64,000 nt of DNA, from positions 32,676,001 through 32,740,000 of the forward strand of contig NC_058368.1 in NCBI RefSeq assembly GCF_018350175.1, read 5' to 3'. The stretch comes from Felis catus (lineage: Eukaryota). A program made the position numbers and the translations under genes. Positions 1 through 12,865 of this stretch are shown piece by piece; position 1 is the first letter of the stretch; every line of letters starts with the position of its first letter. The notes beneath the pieces were generated by a model. The model saw nothing but the letters and a program-made list of their open reading frames with translations. It was not told the DNA's origin and searched no databases.

Positions 1-869
1 GAGATATAAGGAGCAAAGAGGTTTAGAAGAGTTGAAATCTCTTTAATAAAATGATGAAACTGACATTAGTGTAACCAGTTCCTACCAAAGCTGCATCAGT
101 CTGTTTAACAATTTGTTCACTAGAAATTTAAGTGAGTGGCAACAAATGATAAGGAGGGAACATTTGTAAGAACCAGGTGATAAAAGGCTAGGTACTTCTA
201 TTAAGTTTGGATGGCAAATTGAAGCCACCAAAGAATTTTAATTGTTATGTGTATTGATGTGTATTTATATTTTCATTTTAAATTACTATATTTTAGTTTT
301 TATGAAATTGATGCACAAATATTATTAAAAACAAGATTTAATAAATAGCTTTATAATGAAAAGTAGTAGAATACTCCATACATCTCACCTCTGCTTTGCA
401 GAGGAATATATCTTTAATTATTTTATGGTAATTTCTTTTTGTTTCTAATTACATTAATTTCATTAAGTAATATGCTTTGCCATTATATATTTATTATCTA
501 TTATATTAAATAAGAATTTATCTTATCTCAACACATTTTACTACATCCACCCAACACATATTGTAGGATAGATATGTAATTAACTTTGTATCTTATACTA
601 TTTCCTTCATAAATTTAACGAATACATTCACATTTGTTTCTTGTACCTGCAATACCACCTAGTCTTGTTTTATCTACAATACAGTTGTCTAGTTAGAGTA
701 TTTGCTTTACAACCTTCTAGAACTGTCATCTTGGTTCTTGATTACCTCTTTTTGCCTCTTTTCCCTCATTTATGAAAAAGCAATAAGAATAGAACATACA
801 TTATAGAGTGGCTATTAAAATTCTATGAGTTTGTGCATTAGAAAAAACAATAAATTGGCACACAGTAAG

Positions 870-1088
870 GTTTTTTTTTCTTTAATGTTTTTATTTATTT
901 TTGAAAGAGAGAGAGACAGAGCACGAGCGGGGGAGGAGCAGAGAGAGAGGAAGACACAGAATGCAAATCAGGCTCCAGGCTCTAAGTTGGCAGTACAGAG
1001 CCTGAAATGGGGCTCAAACTCATGAACTGTGAGATCGTGACTGGAGCTGAAGCCGGATGCTTAACCGACTGAGCCAACTAGGCGCCCC
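870..1088 (-). mobile_element. CAN-SINE (feline type)
   Basis: Reverse complement of the ggggcgcc head at 1081-1088, (GA)n tract and T-rich tail; TSD gcaca(c/t)agtaag at 858-869 and 1090-1101. Confidence 0.95.
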
Positions 1089-1438
1089 AGCACATAGTAA
1101 GTTTTTAATAAGTGATAGCTATTGTTAGAGTTTTCACTCTTTCATCAATTCCAATATATACTCTTTTACTATTGATTGTGGATCATATTTTAACTGTTAG
1201 TGTTTTTCCCTGGAATATAAAATAATGGTGTATCTTAGAAATGACTGACCTTTGGATTCCATACTATAATGGTGTATCTTACATTGACTGACTGTTAGAT
1301 TCTACAAAACATTCTTTGTCTTGTAATTATTGATAGTATTAAACCTATATATTGAATCAAATTTGAAAATAAAAAAATGGTATGAATATTATCAATGTAA
1401 ATACAGTTTGTGCAAAGTTATTCAAATACTGTGATTGA

Positions 1439-1643
1439 GGGTTCCTGGGTAGTTCAATCAGATAAGCATCCAACTCACGGTTTTGGCTCAGGTTCATGGT
1501 TTGAGCCCCGCATCAGGCTCTGCGCTGACAGTACAGAGCCTGCTTCAGCTTCTCTCTCTTTCCCTCTCTCTGTGCCCCTTCCCTACTCATACACACACAC
1601 TCTCTCTCTCTCTCAAAATAAATAAATAAAACTTGAAATAATT
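1439..1643 (+). mobile_element. CAN-SINE
   Basis: tRNA-like head, (CT)n tract, AATAAA tail; TSD aaatactgtgattga at 1424-1438 and 1644-1658. Confidence 0.95.
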
Positions 1644-3048
1644 AAATACTGTGATTGAATTTTCTTTATTTTTTCCTATATTAAAAATATTATTAGTTAC
1701 TTAGAATTGTGAAATGTTAGAATGTTCTTTTCCTCTGGAAACCTTCCTCCTGGACTTCTTCCATCATTTTGATTTAATCTTAGCTCTTATTAGGAGAACA
1801 AGAGAGGTGTTCGTTGGACACCATTTCACTGCTCTCCTGTTTTGATCCTTTGTTTCTTCAGTTAGTTCCATTAAGAAAATTCAAATTTTGATGAAGCACA
1901 TCATTCATAGTGTGCCAGGAAATAGATTGTGAAACTTTTTTTCTAAGGACTTGTTTTTATGTGCAAAATGTCTTTATTTTGCCCGTATTATTATTCAGTA
2001 ATTTAAGTGAATTTCATAATTCTATATTAAATGTCTTGTTTATTTTTTAAACTGCTTTCTGGCATCGGTGCTGCTGATGGGAAGTCTAATTTCAATTTAA
2101 TTATCATTTATAATCTGTTTTGTTTTAGGTAATTTGGGTGATATTTTGTTTGTTTTTATTTTTTATTTTTCCTTCCAAGAAGCTTTAATAATCATCGCTC
2201 TATTAGTGTTCTATAATGCCACAGTGCATATGTTGAATTTTGTTTGTGCATTTGTGTGTGTGTGTTCTGTGAACTCATTGATCTCTTTTCAGCTATAGAA
2301 TTTTATCTTTTGTTTCTGTGAAATTATTTTGCATTATTTCTTTGGTATTTGCTCCTCCTATTTTTTTCCTTGCTTTTTTTTCTTTCCAAAACCTATCTAT
2401 TTATAGATTGTTATACCAGATAGATTGTGTTCTACGTACATTGTTTTTTAGTATCATTAAGTATTATTGGCTATTTGTCTCACTTCCAGGAGATTTAACT
2501 AATTGGTGATAGACATGATCAAATTTGTGCTTTAAGAATGTAAATGGCCACTGGAAATGATAAAATACCTAGGGATAAACAAACCAAAGAGGTAAAAGAA
2601 CTGTATGCTGAAAACTATAGAAAGCTTATAAAATAAATTGAAGAAGACACAAAGAAATGGAAAAACATCCCATGTTCATGAATTGGAAGAATATCGTTAA
2701 AATGTCCATACTGCCCAAAGCAATCTAAACATTCAATGCAATCACTATCAAAATAAAACCAGCATTCTTCACAGAGCTAGAACAATCCTAAAATTTATAT
2801 GTAACCAGGAAAGATCCCAAATAGCCAAAGTAATGTTGAAAAAGAAGACCGAAGCTGGAGGCATCACAATTCCAAACTTCAAGCTGTATTACAAAGCTGT
2901 AATCATCAAGACAGTATGGTGCTGGCACAACAAGAGACACATAGATCAATGGAACAAAATAGAGAACCCAGAAATGGACCCCTAATTGTATGGTCAACTC
3001 ATCTTTGACAAAACAGGAAAGAATATCCAGTGGAAACAAGATAGTCTT

Positions 3049-3270
3049 GGGGAAGCTGGGTGGCTCAGTTGGTTAAATGTCAGACTTTGGCTCAGGTCAT
3101 GATCTTGAAGTTCGAATTCGAGGCCTGCATCAGGCTGTGTCTGACAGCACAGAGCCTGGAGCCGGCTTCAGATTCTGTGTCTTCCTCTCTCTCTGCGTCT
3201 CTCCTGTTCATGCTCTGTCTCTGTCTCTTTCTCTCTCTCAAAAATAAATAAACATTATTTTCTTAAAGAA
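3049..3270 (+). mobile_element. CAN-SINE nested in L1
   Basis: Typical SINE body; L1 ORF2 continues on both sides. Confidence 0.93.
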
Positions 3271-4143
3271 AAAAGACAATCTCTTCAAAAATGGTATTGG
3301 GAAAACTGGACAGCAACATGCAAAAGAACAAAATGGGACTTTCTTACACCATACACAAAAATAATCTCGAAATGGATGAAAGACCTAAATGTAAGACAGG
3401 AAACCATCAACATCCTAGAGACAGGCAACAATTTCTTTGTACTTGGTCACAACAACTTCTTTCTAGGAGTGTCTCTAGAGGGAAGGGAAACAAAAGTAAA
3501 AATGAACTCTTGGGACTTCATCAAGATAAAAAGCTTCTGCACAGCAAAGGAAACTATCAACAAAACTAAAAGTCAGCCTAGGGAATGGGAGAAGATATTT
3601 GCAAATGACATATCTGATAAATGGTTAGTATCCAAAATCTATAAAGAACTTATCAAACTCAACACCCAAACAACAAAATATCCAGTGAAGAAATGAGCAA
3701 AATACATGAACATACACTTTTCCAAAGAAGTCATCCAGATGTCTAAGAGACACATGAAAAGATACTCAACATTGCTCATCATCAGGGAAATACAAATCAA
3801 AACCACAATGAGATACCACCTCACCGCAGTCAGAATGGCTAACATTAACAACTCAGGCAACAACAGATGTTGGCGAGGATATAGAGAAATGGGAACCTTC
3901 TTGCACTGTTGGTAGGAATGCAAAGTTATGCAGGCACTCTGAAAGACAGTATGGAGATTCTTCAAAAAATTAAAAATGGAACTACCCTATGACCCAGCAA
4001 TTGCACTACTAGGTATTTATCCAAAGGAAACAAAAGTGCCGATTCAAAGGAGCACATGCACCGCAATGTTTATAGCAGCACTATGAACAGTAGCCAAACT
4101 GTGGAAAGAGCCCAAATGTCCATTGACTGTTGAGTGGATAAAG

Positions 4144-4145
<2 letters not shown>

Positions 4146-4202
<57 letters not shown>

Positions 4203-4240
4203 CACACATATATATGTACACATATATATGTGTATATATA
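4146..4240. repeat. (TA)n/(CA)n microsatellite inside L1
   Basis: Seen directly. Confidence 0.95.
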
Positions 4241-5873
4241 TGGAATATTAATCAGTGATCAAAAATAATGAAATCTTGAAACAAAGTGGATGGAATTAGA
4301 GTGTATTATGCTAAGTGAAATAAATCAGAATGATGAATATCATATGATTTCACTCATGTGGAATTTAAGAAACAAAAGAGATGAACATAGGTGGAGGGAA
4401 GGAAAAATAAGATAAAGAGAGAGAGAGAGAAACAAACCATAAGAGACTCTTAAGTTACAGAGAACAAACTGAAGGTTGCTGGAAGGGTTTAGGATGGGAA
4501 TATGGGTTAAATGGGTGATAGGCATTAAGAGGGTACTTGTTGGGATGAGCATTGGGTCTTATATGTAAGTGATGAATCACTAAATTATACTCCTGAAACC
4601 TTTCTTACATACACTATATGTTAACGAAATTGGATTAAGTAAAATAAAGAAATAAAAATAAAATAAAAATAAAAAGGTAACTGGCTGCATTGTAGAAAAC
4701 TGTTAGTAGTCCTTTCTCCAAAGGGTTTTGCAGGAGAAATGAAAATACCCAGATAATAAGCTCAGATTATTTTCATCCCTCATAAATCTTCCTTCTATCC
4801 TTTTCTAACTCTGAGAACATTAACTCTTGCTCTTTATATGAAAAAAAAGTTTCCTAAAAATTCAATTAAAATAAAGTGCTTCTGACAGACCTAGAATAAG
4901 TATATGTAGCCTAAGCTAAAAATTATCTCTGTTATACTATTAAAGATGTATATCTACATATAAACTTGTAGGAAATGTGTAGCTGATAATCATCTCAGTT
5001 TAAATAACATTTTAATGCCATTTCAATGTTTAAGTAGTAAAAAGGAAGTAATTTTCCTGAAAATCTGTAATATATAGTGTTATGCAAGGAATAAAAGAAA
5101 TATAAATCTCAAGGAGTTCATAGTGTATTGAGGCTTTGGATATATGAGCAAGTAAGTTTAATAGAATATTTAAGTGCTGTGAAAGAAACATATACAAGCA
5201 ATACTTGAAATTCAGAGAATTAATGCAGTAATTCCCAGGTTTGTTTTGTGGGGCTTTGTTTGTGGTGAAGTGGGCATTAGGAAGTGAAGATATTATAAGT
5301 TCCTTCGAAGAAGTAACTTCTTAATTAATTAATTCGTTCTGGATTGGTAGGATGGTACATGAACCCAAAGACCAGATACAGTGAATCACATATATAACTC
5401 CTGTGATAATCATATTCCTTATTAATTGAAAAAGTATAGCAAGCTCAGTATTTTTTTTAATATCCCCAGGTTCTTTCACTGATGGGTTTATGAAACATAA
5501 TGTTGAAAATTGTGTTTGAAGAGTAAAGGTGAGACGAAGTTAATCGGCCTTGAATGTCAAGCTAAAGACTTTGAATCTTATAAAGATGGAAATATTCAGG
5601 TGAGTTATAGTAGATTTTTTTAAAAAAATAAGTGTGGTATTATTATAATGTAGAGATGTGAATTAAGAAGTCTTCAAGTAACTCTTAAATCCTAAAAAAA
5701 ATCACTATATTATTTCAGCATAGCACACAAACCATATAATTTACTCCTAAAATATAATCTGCCATTCATTCAACTTCTACTAAATTTAAAGAGAATAATA
5801 AACATGACACTGGAAACACACACCCTATTGATAGTCTTGCTTTCGACTTTGATCTTCAACTGGAATTGCAGAA

Positions 5874-6112
5874 ATGAAATTTATGGCTGGGCTTCTTTTA
5901 ATAATTAGAATCAGATTGGAACCATTGGAAAGGATCCCTAAGATGGTATGGTTTTATTATTGTCTGTGTAACCATATGGGAGTTTCACTCTTTACTCTCT
6001 GTCGAGTTGATTTATGCCAACACATTAGCATTATTTTCCTAAGTATATTTTTAACAGAGGGTTGCCATGTAAGACATTTTGCATTGTTGGACTTAATCTC
6101 TGGAGAAGAGAA
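5874..6112 (+). CDS. Candidate coding exon ending at a phase-2 donor (or internal 55-nt exon 6058-6112)
   Basis: Unique sequence; 79 codons + 2 nt ending ...LISGEE, then GAA|gtaagt; possible acceptor ttttaacag| at 6057. Confidence 0.3.
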
Positions 6113-6399
6113 GTAAGTATAGACCAAAATGCTATAGAACTGACAGAATCAGGAAGAAAATTTCATTGCTCAATATGTTATTGCCTTTCTTTACCAATAG
6201 ATTTCATATGGATATATCAAGAATATGTAATTTACTACAATTTCATAACTGGAAGTCAGATGGCATTACTTAGGCTAATCAAATGTGATTTAAAAACTTT
6301 ATCTGCCTACTGTTTATTCCATCTGTTTGCTTGGTTCTTACCATATATCTTAGCATATGAAAGCCGCTTCAATGTAAAAAAAATAAGGCTTTAACATTT

Positions 6400-6570
6400 A
6401 TTTTTATTCTTTTTAATTTTTATTTTTTAATTGAAGTTTAATTTACATACAATGTTATATTCATTTCATGTGTACAACACAGTGATTTGGTAATTCTGTA
6501 CCTTGTGCTGTGCTTGCCATAATAAGTGTAGTTACCACCTATCACCATATGTTATTAAATATTATTGACA
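6400..6570 (-). mobile_element. L1 3'-end fragment
   Basis: T-rich tail followed by L1 3'UTR-like tacaatgttatat...tgtacaacacagtgatt. Confidence 0.75.
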
Positions 6571-8009
6571 ATAATAGGTGAAGGGTACAAATTTCCAGTA
6601 TAACATTTATTTTTATATGTTCTTTGCAATGGTCAACTTGGAGGAAGTTCACTGAAAATGCACAAAGTTGCTTCTCGGTGAATAGTATTTAACAGATCAA
6701 TATTTTATAACATAAATATGGATAATTCAATATTTTGGAGGTATCAGTCTCTGGATGCCTTCTAGCCATGAAGAGTCTAATCTCTTTCAAGTTGAACTAC
6801 AGCCATTTATGTTGGCAACTGACAGAAGAAGACTTTGACTTTTCTCCAAATGTGCTTGGGATCTGCAGGGCTTGTAGGAAGTGGGAGTCAAGGAGGAGAG
6901 ATTTGCCAGTATTGACTTAAGCACACTCTGGAGAAATACTGAATTAGGCTGTTGAACATTTCGTTAGCTGCTGTCCCTGTTCAGTGTTTGGGATCAACTC
7001 AATTCTCTCTGGTTAAAAAAACTTTAGAGGAGTATTTGCAAGGGCTGTGGTCTGCCAGGAGGCAGTAGAGAAAGCTTATTCTACTTTTAAGTGTATGCTG
7101 TTTTAATATTTACAGCTCATACGTAAGTGTCAATACTAGCTTATATTTGGTTATTTTCTATAAGTCTTTACATTCCTATGGCAATATATCACTTCCTAGT
7201 TTCATGTCTTATGTTCTTAATCATATGGAAAATTCATTAAAAATAATCTTTATTTGGGCAATGTGCATTTAATTTAATTACTTTTCAGTCTATGGTTGTT
7301 TCCCACCTCCCCCTAAATCCTTCAAAATTAAGTTTTTAAAACTGTCTTTTACTTTCACATTGGGTAAAGTTGAGACATATTAATAAGGATTTCATCATGT
7401 GATATATTGGAAGAATAAACACTGTTTCTGGATCCATTTCTTCGAAGTTATGATTATCCTTAAGAATCAAATATGTCAATAATTATATTTCAGATTATTT
7501 TCCAATAAACATTTTTAAAATACTGAACATGCTTAAGTTTAATATAATACAAATGTAAGTTGAATATTTCCAGTTAACCCAATACTGGGCTAATTGCCAT
7601 TACAGACACAGAAAAATGTCCAAATTGGTTCATGGTATCGATCTATCTATCTATCTATCTATCTATTAGTTATCTATTTCCAATATATCATATCCATGGA
7701 CTTGGAAGGTGGAATCCTAATGATTTACATATGAAGCCTTCCCAATAGGGCTCTTTGGATGTCATATTTTAAGGTCAACAGCTGATATTTCTAACATACC
7801 CTGGCACTTTTTATTTTTCATACAGAATCTCTCTTCAAAACGGTGTTCTCTGTAGGATTTCTCAATTTTTCTTTCTCTTGATGAATAAGAAACCACTTTT
7901 GAGGGACATTTATTAATTTATTTTCTATTCAGGAAATTCAAATTATAGATCCATGGAAATTTAGAGATGAAAGGTTGCAAATTCAACCCTCCACATCAGA
8001 CTAACATCG

Positions 8010-8156
8010 AACTACTGACTTAATGTTCCTAAGCCTCAGTTTCTTCATCTATAAAATGAGTAAAATATTAACTGTGTTATAGGGATACTTGTGAGGTTTA
8101 GAGTGAATGTGCTAAACAGTGCCTAGGATAAAATCTTATGCATAGTAAGTGCTCAA
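8010..8156 (+). mobile_element. MIR
   Basis: Core aagcctcagtttcttcatctataaaatg and 3' end catagtaagtgctcaa. Confidence 0.85.
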
Positions 8157-8376
8157 CTTATTTTCCTCTTCTGTTACTCTACATATAAGGCAAATGGTCT
8201 AACTTAGTAAAAAACAACATAGTAATATATCCTAAATAAGCCGTGATAAGGAATGTGTTTATCTTGATCTTGATCTTGAATCTAAGTGATGTTGAGTGCC
8301 AGCCAAAATAACAAGTTGATAAGAAAGCACTGAATTTATTCTTATAGAGTAAAAGAAAGAATTGCTTTATCAGATT

Positions 8377-8592
8377 AAAAAAAAATAAGTTTATTTTTGA
8401 GAGAGAGAAAGAGAGAGAGAGACAGAGTGCGAGCGGCGGAGGGACAGAGAGAGGGAGACACAGAATCTGAAGCTGGCTCCAGGCTCTGAACTGTCAGCAC
8501 AGACCCCAAGGTGGGGGTCAAACTCAAGAACTGCAAGATCATGACCTGAGCTAAAGTTGGACACTTAACCGACCGAGCCACCCAGGTGCCCC
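8377..8592 (-). mobile_element. CAN-SINE
   Basis: SINE body; TSD tgctttat(c/a)agatt on both flanks. Confidence 0.95.
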
Positions 8593-8949
8593 TGCTTTAT
8601 AAGATTTTAATAGCATCTCAGAGAGAGGGAAAGTAAATTTGGTATTATGAGGTTTTGAAGTTTTCGACCCAGGTATTTGACTGTATAAGGGGTCATAATA
8701 TAGTGGTTTAGAACTGAGGAAAACATCGAAGTGAGGATTTTGTTTTGATGTCTTTAAAGAGTCCTGAAAAGAAAATAATTGTTGTTTGATGACATCGTTT
8801 GCAGAGTTGAACAGTTTGATGTTCATTTTAGGAGAAAAGAATAATTACCGAAAGGAATACCAAAATTACTTTCAACATTTTCCATCCTGGACACAACTTT
8901 ACTATATTAATAAAATTGTATTAGAGACAGTAGAAAACAATGCTGTATT

Positions 8950-9206
8950 TTTTATATAGTTGTTTTTTACTGTTTATTTTATTTAATTAATTAATTTATT
9001 TTTGAGAGAGAGAGAGAGTGAGAGAGAGATTGATTCAGAGTGTGAGCAGAGGAGGGACAGAGAGAGAAAGACGCAGAATCTGAAGTATGGTCCAGGCTCT
9101 GAGCTGTCAGCACAGAACCCTACATGGAGTTCAAACTCATGGACTGTGAGATCATGACCTGGGCTGAAGTTGGCTGCTTAACTGACTGAGCCACTCAGAC
9201 GCCCCT
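8950..9206 (-). mobile_element. CAN-SINE
   Basis: SINE body; TSD aacaatg(c/t)tgtatt at 8936-8949 and 9207-9220. Confidence 0.95.
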
Positions 9207-9459
9207 AACAATGTTGTATTAATGTAAATAGTAAAATCTTTGTTTTAGGGTGGTTTGAGGTCTCGTTGTCTTCCTTTGTGGTCATTTTTCAGCCTAAGCT
9301 AAATGATATATCATTAATATATAGGGGTATGATTAATCCAGATAATGACAACATGAGGTATCATACTCTCATTTCAAGTTTCCTGTTAATGGTTGTTTAA
9401 ACCTCTATATGTGCCAAACTTTCTTATTTATTTCTTATGTGTATTTATATTTATCTAGA

Positions 9460-9787
9460 TACATATATATATATATATAAAAATATATATGACTATATAT
9501 ATGCTACATATAAATATATATGATATATAACTATGTATATACTATATATACTGTATATAATATATATACAGTGTATATATTATATATATACATATATATA
9601 TGTATATAGTATATATACACTGTATATATTATATATACACTGTATATATTATATATACACTATATGACTATATAACTATATGTAGTTCTATTATTTATAT
9701 ATAATGTATATTTAATATATTTATATATAATATATATTTTATAATGGAATATATATGTATATGTATATATATGTGTGTATGTGCATA

Positions 9788-9836
<49 letters not shown>

Positions 9837-9840
9837 ATTC
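9460..9840. repeat. Complex (TA)n-rich tract with 20-bp tandem units
   Basis: atatatacactgtatatatt repeated at 9611-9661 within long TA runs. Confidence 0.95.
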
Positions 9841-9949
9841 TATTATAGTCCAGTACAGCAGTGAACATGTTGAAGATCACAAGTTGAAAATTTCAACATA
9901 GTCAACTGAGAGAAGGATCATCATCAGAATTTATAGTCTACTTCTCAGG

Positions 9950-11400
9950 TGCCACGGGTGTCTGAAATAAACCAGGAGAATAGAATAAAAATCCTGTAGA
10001 ATAACACCATAACACCAGATATGGTATTATTCACCAAATAATCTATTTTTTTCATTCTTTTTTTTGATTAGCAGGTCTTTTTGTAATAGTGAAAATCCTA
10101 GTGAACATTGCAGGAATATAAGCACAACATTCTGTTCCCCTGAAAGGCCAAAATTATATCTAAATTGATTTTCTTCTGAACCACTGCTTATCCAACTTCA
10201 TGAATCTCCCAGGTTCTATAGTCCGGTTGGCATTATCTAAATCTGATACTCTCTAATCCACAGCACCCGGGATCCTACTTTGTGGGTAAAGTGTGTAAGG
10301 AGAAAAGAAATCAATCAAAAATTTCCCTTGAATAATTAAGATGTTGGCTCTCAACTCAGAGCCCATTTTTTATTCTTCTTAAATTATTATCTATTATCTT
10401 TTTATCCAAGAGGGTAAACTGATGGTAACAATTGGACCCTGGTTGCCATGTCAGTAAATGTTTTTGTTTTTTTTTTTACTTCCAAATTTTAATTTAAATT
10501 GCATTTACTTAACATATAGTGTGATACTGGTTTCAGGAGTAGAATTTAGTGATTCACCACTTACACATAACATCCAGTGCTCATCATAACAAGTGCCCTC
10601 CTTAATACCAAACACGCATTTAGCTCATTCCCCACCCACCTCCCTCTATCAACCATGTCAGTAAATATCTTGAAAGAAGGAATTAGTTGAACAAGTTTGT
10701 ATTTAGTCAGCAGATGGCTTTTGTGTCACAAATATAACACCAGGCATAGAAAGTCATACAATGATCTGTTCAGGACCAAGATACTCCAGTAGGATTTCTG
10801 AACAGTGTAAACAGTGTTAAAGTGTTATGGCACAACTCCTTTAGAATTGTCCACTGCCAAGAAATTAACTTATAATGGTGAGATCGTTAGGTAGATCTAA
10901 AGCAAAAGAGAAGTTTGTCTTCCTTGTAAGATCTGTGAAGTTGAGAAACTCCAAATACACACCATCTGTTTCCTTTTTTTCTTCCAAGTTCTATTTCTTA
11001 ACAGTTCAATTAAAAACTAGTTCCCACATAAGGTCTTCAAGTCATATTTTATTGAAGAAAGTAATCTACTTTCCTATGAAAATTTGTCTTTTAGATGCTT
11101 AGACATTGAGATGTCTGTCCTGTTGTTGTGTTTGTCATCTATAAAAGTCACACGTAGGTTGAATCCAGTTAACCAGGAAATAAACTGACTCTTTACAAAT
11201 AACCAGTATTAAGAGAAGCTGAGTGGTTGTCAAAAAACTGTGTGTACAAATTCGACAGTTTATTGTTATGATTTAGCCAGTTCACCAGCCAACTGTAGTC
11301 AAGTATTGAACTCATAACAAAAAATGTATAAAGAAGTAACAATGTTAATAATAGAGACTTCCCTATAGTTAACAGAATTAAAAGTAGCCTTAAGCCAACC
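9950..11400 (-). pseudogene. env: ERV env remnant (SU CXXC, TM immunosuppressive-domain-like segment and CC motif)
   Basis: NCRICTH at ~11240-11260; AVVQKKINLDIILAFQG then, after a frameshift, GTECCAYIP at ~10110-10187. Confidence 0.75.
10460..10652 (-). mobile_element. Short L1 3'-end insertion inside env
   Basis: L1 3'UTR with T tail; perfect 14-bp TSD ccatgtcagtaaat at 10446-10459 and 10653-10666. Confidence 0.92.
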
Positions 11401-11436
11401 AAAAGGAAAAGAAGATTACTAGAAAAATGAAGAACC

Positions 11437-11633
11437 AGGGTGCCTACGTGGCTCAGTTGGTTAAGCATCTGACTCCTGGTTTTGGCTCATGTCATGATCT
11501 CATGATTTGTGAGATCGAGCTCCATATTAGTTCTGTGCTGTCAACACTTGTGGTTCTCCCTCTCTCCATCTCTCTCTGTCCCCGCCCCCCGCTCTCTCTC
11601 TCAAAAATAAATAAATATACATTAAAAAAAAAG
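11437..11633 (+). mobile_element. CAN-SINE
   Basis: SINE body; TSD aaaaatgaagaac on both flanks. Confidence 0.93.
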
Positions 11634-12191
11634 AAAAAATGAAGAACAAAAGAATGAAGATCAAAATGTAACAACTCTTGGTTTTGTTTTTGAATCTTCA
11701 GTGAAGACTATCTATACCTTATGTAGTTGATTTGGTCTGGGAAGTGTTGGGTGGAATCTGTCTCCTTACAGAGGTCATAGGCTTCTGGAGTTTCCCTAAT
11801 CATCCTCAACTTGAAGACTCCAGAAGGAATTGTCTTCTAGTGATTCAGGGATGTTATATGCCTCTTTAATTGGGAGATGTGGACCAGTTTCCAACAGATT
11901 CCAAGGCAGATCTCTAGGTTTTAATTAATGCAAAATTTCTTTTGAAAGAAAGTGAAGAAAGGCTCTCATAATTGTTGATGACAGCCCTGGGTGCATTGCT
12001 AAGTCACCTGTAATTCGAGCAATGTGTTTTTGCAATAATATGGTGTTTATAAATGGAGATGATACATCCAAACACATGTTGCTGCCTGTTACTATCACAT
12101 GAAGGGAGAATTGATGATACCCAGAAGGAGCTGATCTCATTGTCATTAATCGAGAGTAATACTTATTTTTTTTTAATTTTTTTAAATAATT

Positions 12192-12409
12192 AAAAAAATT
12201 TTTTAACATTTATTCATTTTTGAAAGGCAGAGAGAGACAGAGCGTGAATGGCGGAGGGGCAGAGAGAGAGGGAGACACAGAAACAGAAGCAGGCTCCAGG
12301 CTCTGAGCTGTCAGCACAGAGCCTGATGTGGGGCTTGAATTCACAGACCATGAGATCATGACCTGAGCAGAAGTTGGCCGCTTAACTGACTGAGCCACCC
12401 AGGCACCCC
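12192..12409 (-). mobile_element. CAN-SINE nested in the tail of another SINE
   Basis: TSD aattttt(t/a)aaataatt at ~12175-12191 and 12410-12426. Confidence 0.93.
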
Positions 12410-12446
12410 AATTTTTTAAAATAATTTTGAAAAATGTTTATTTACT

Positions 12447-12655
12447 GGGGTGCCTGAGTGGCTCAGTTGGTTAAGCGTTCAACTTTGGCTCAGGTCATGA
12501 TATTGCCGTTTATGAGTTCAACCCCTGAGTTGGGCTTTGTGCTAATGGCTCAGAGCGTGGAGCCTGCTTCAGATTCTGTGTCTCCCCCAGTCTCTGACCC
12601 TCCCATGCTCATGCTCTGTCTCTCTCTGTCTCTCAATAGCAAATAATCATTAAAA
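12447..12655 (+). mobile_element. CAN-SINE nested in the tail of another SINE
   Basis: Full SINE body on the plus strand. Confidence 0.93.
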
Positions 12656-12659
12656 ATTT

Positions 12660-12865
12660 TTAATTAATTAATTAATGTATTTATTTATGTGATTATTTTT
12701 GAGAGAGCGTAAGCAGGGGAGGGACAGAGAGAAGGGGACAGAAGATCAAAGTGGGCTCCATGTCGATAGCAACAAGCCCCACATGGGGCTCGAAACCATG
12801 AATCGCGACATCATGACCTGAGACAAAGTCAGACGATCAATTGACTGAGGCACCCAGGCACCACA
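12660..12865 (-). mobile_element. CAN-SINE (older outer copy of a triple nest)
   Basis: Diverged SINE body; gtaatactt flanks the whole cluster at ~12156-12164 and ~12874-12882. Confidence 0.88.

Larger units (their letters stand above)
2555..4675 (+). mobile_element. 5'-truncated carnivore LINE-1 (ORF2 3' part, 3'UTR, A-rich tail)
   Basis: Broken ORF2 peptides ([30 protein letters not shown]), L1 3'UTR, tail ending ~4675; contains a SINE and a (TA)n expansion. Confidence 0.95.

Noticed and set aside
2788..4552. Cluster of overlapping 70-108 aa ORFs
   Set aside because: Frameshifted L1 ORF2 and 3'UTR fragments and their antisense frames
8600..9450. Possible 3' LTR of the class I ERV, with a partner near 21.8-23.2 kb
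   Set aside because: No matching direct repeat, primer binding site or polypurine tract could be found by eye
9695..9880. I/Y/H-rich ORF (also the CV-repeat ORF 54426-54614)
   Set aside because: Translations of microsatellites
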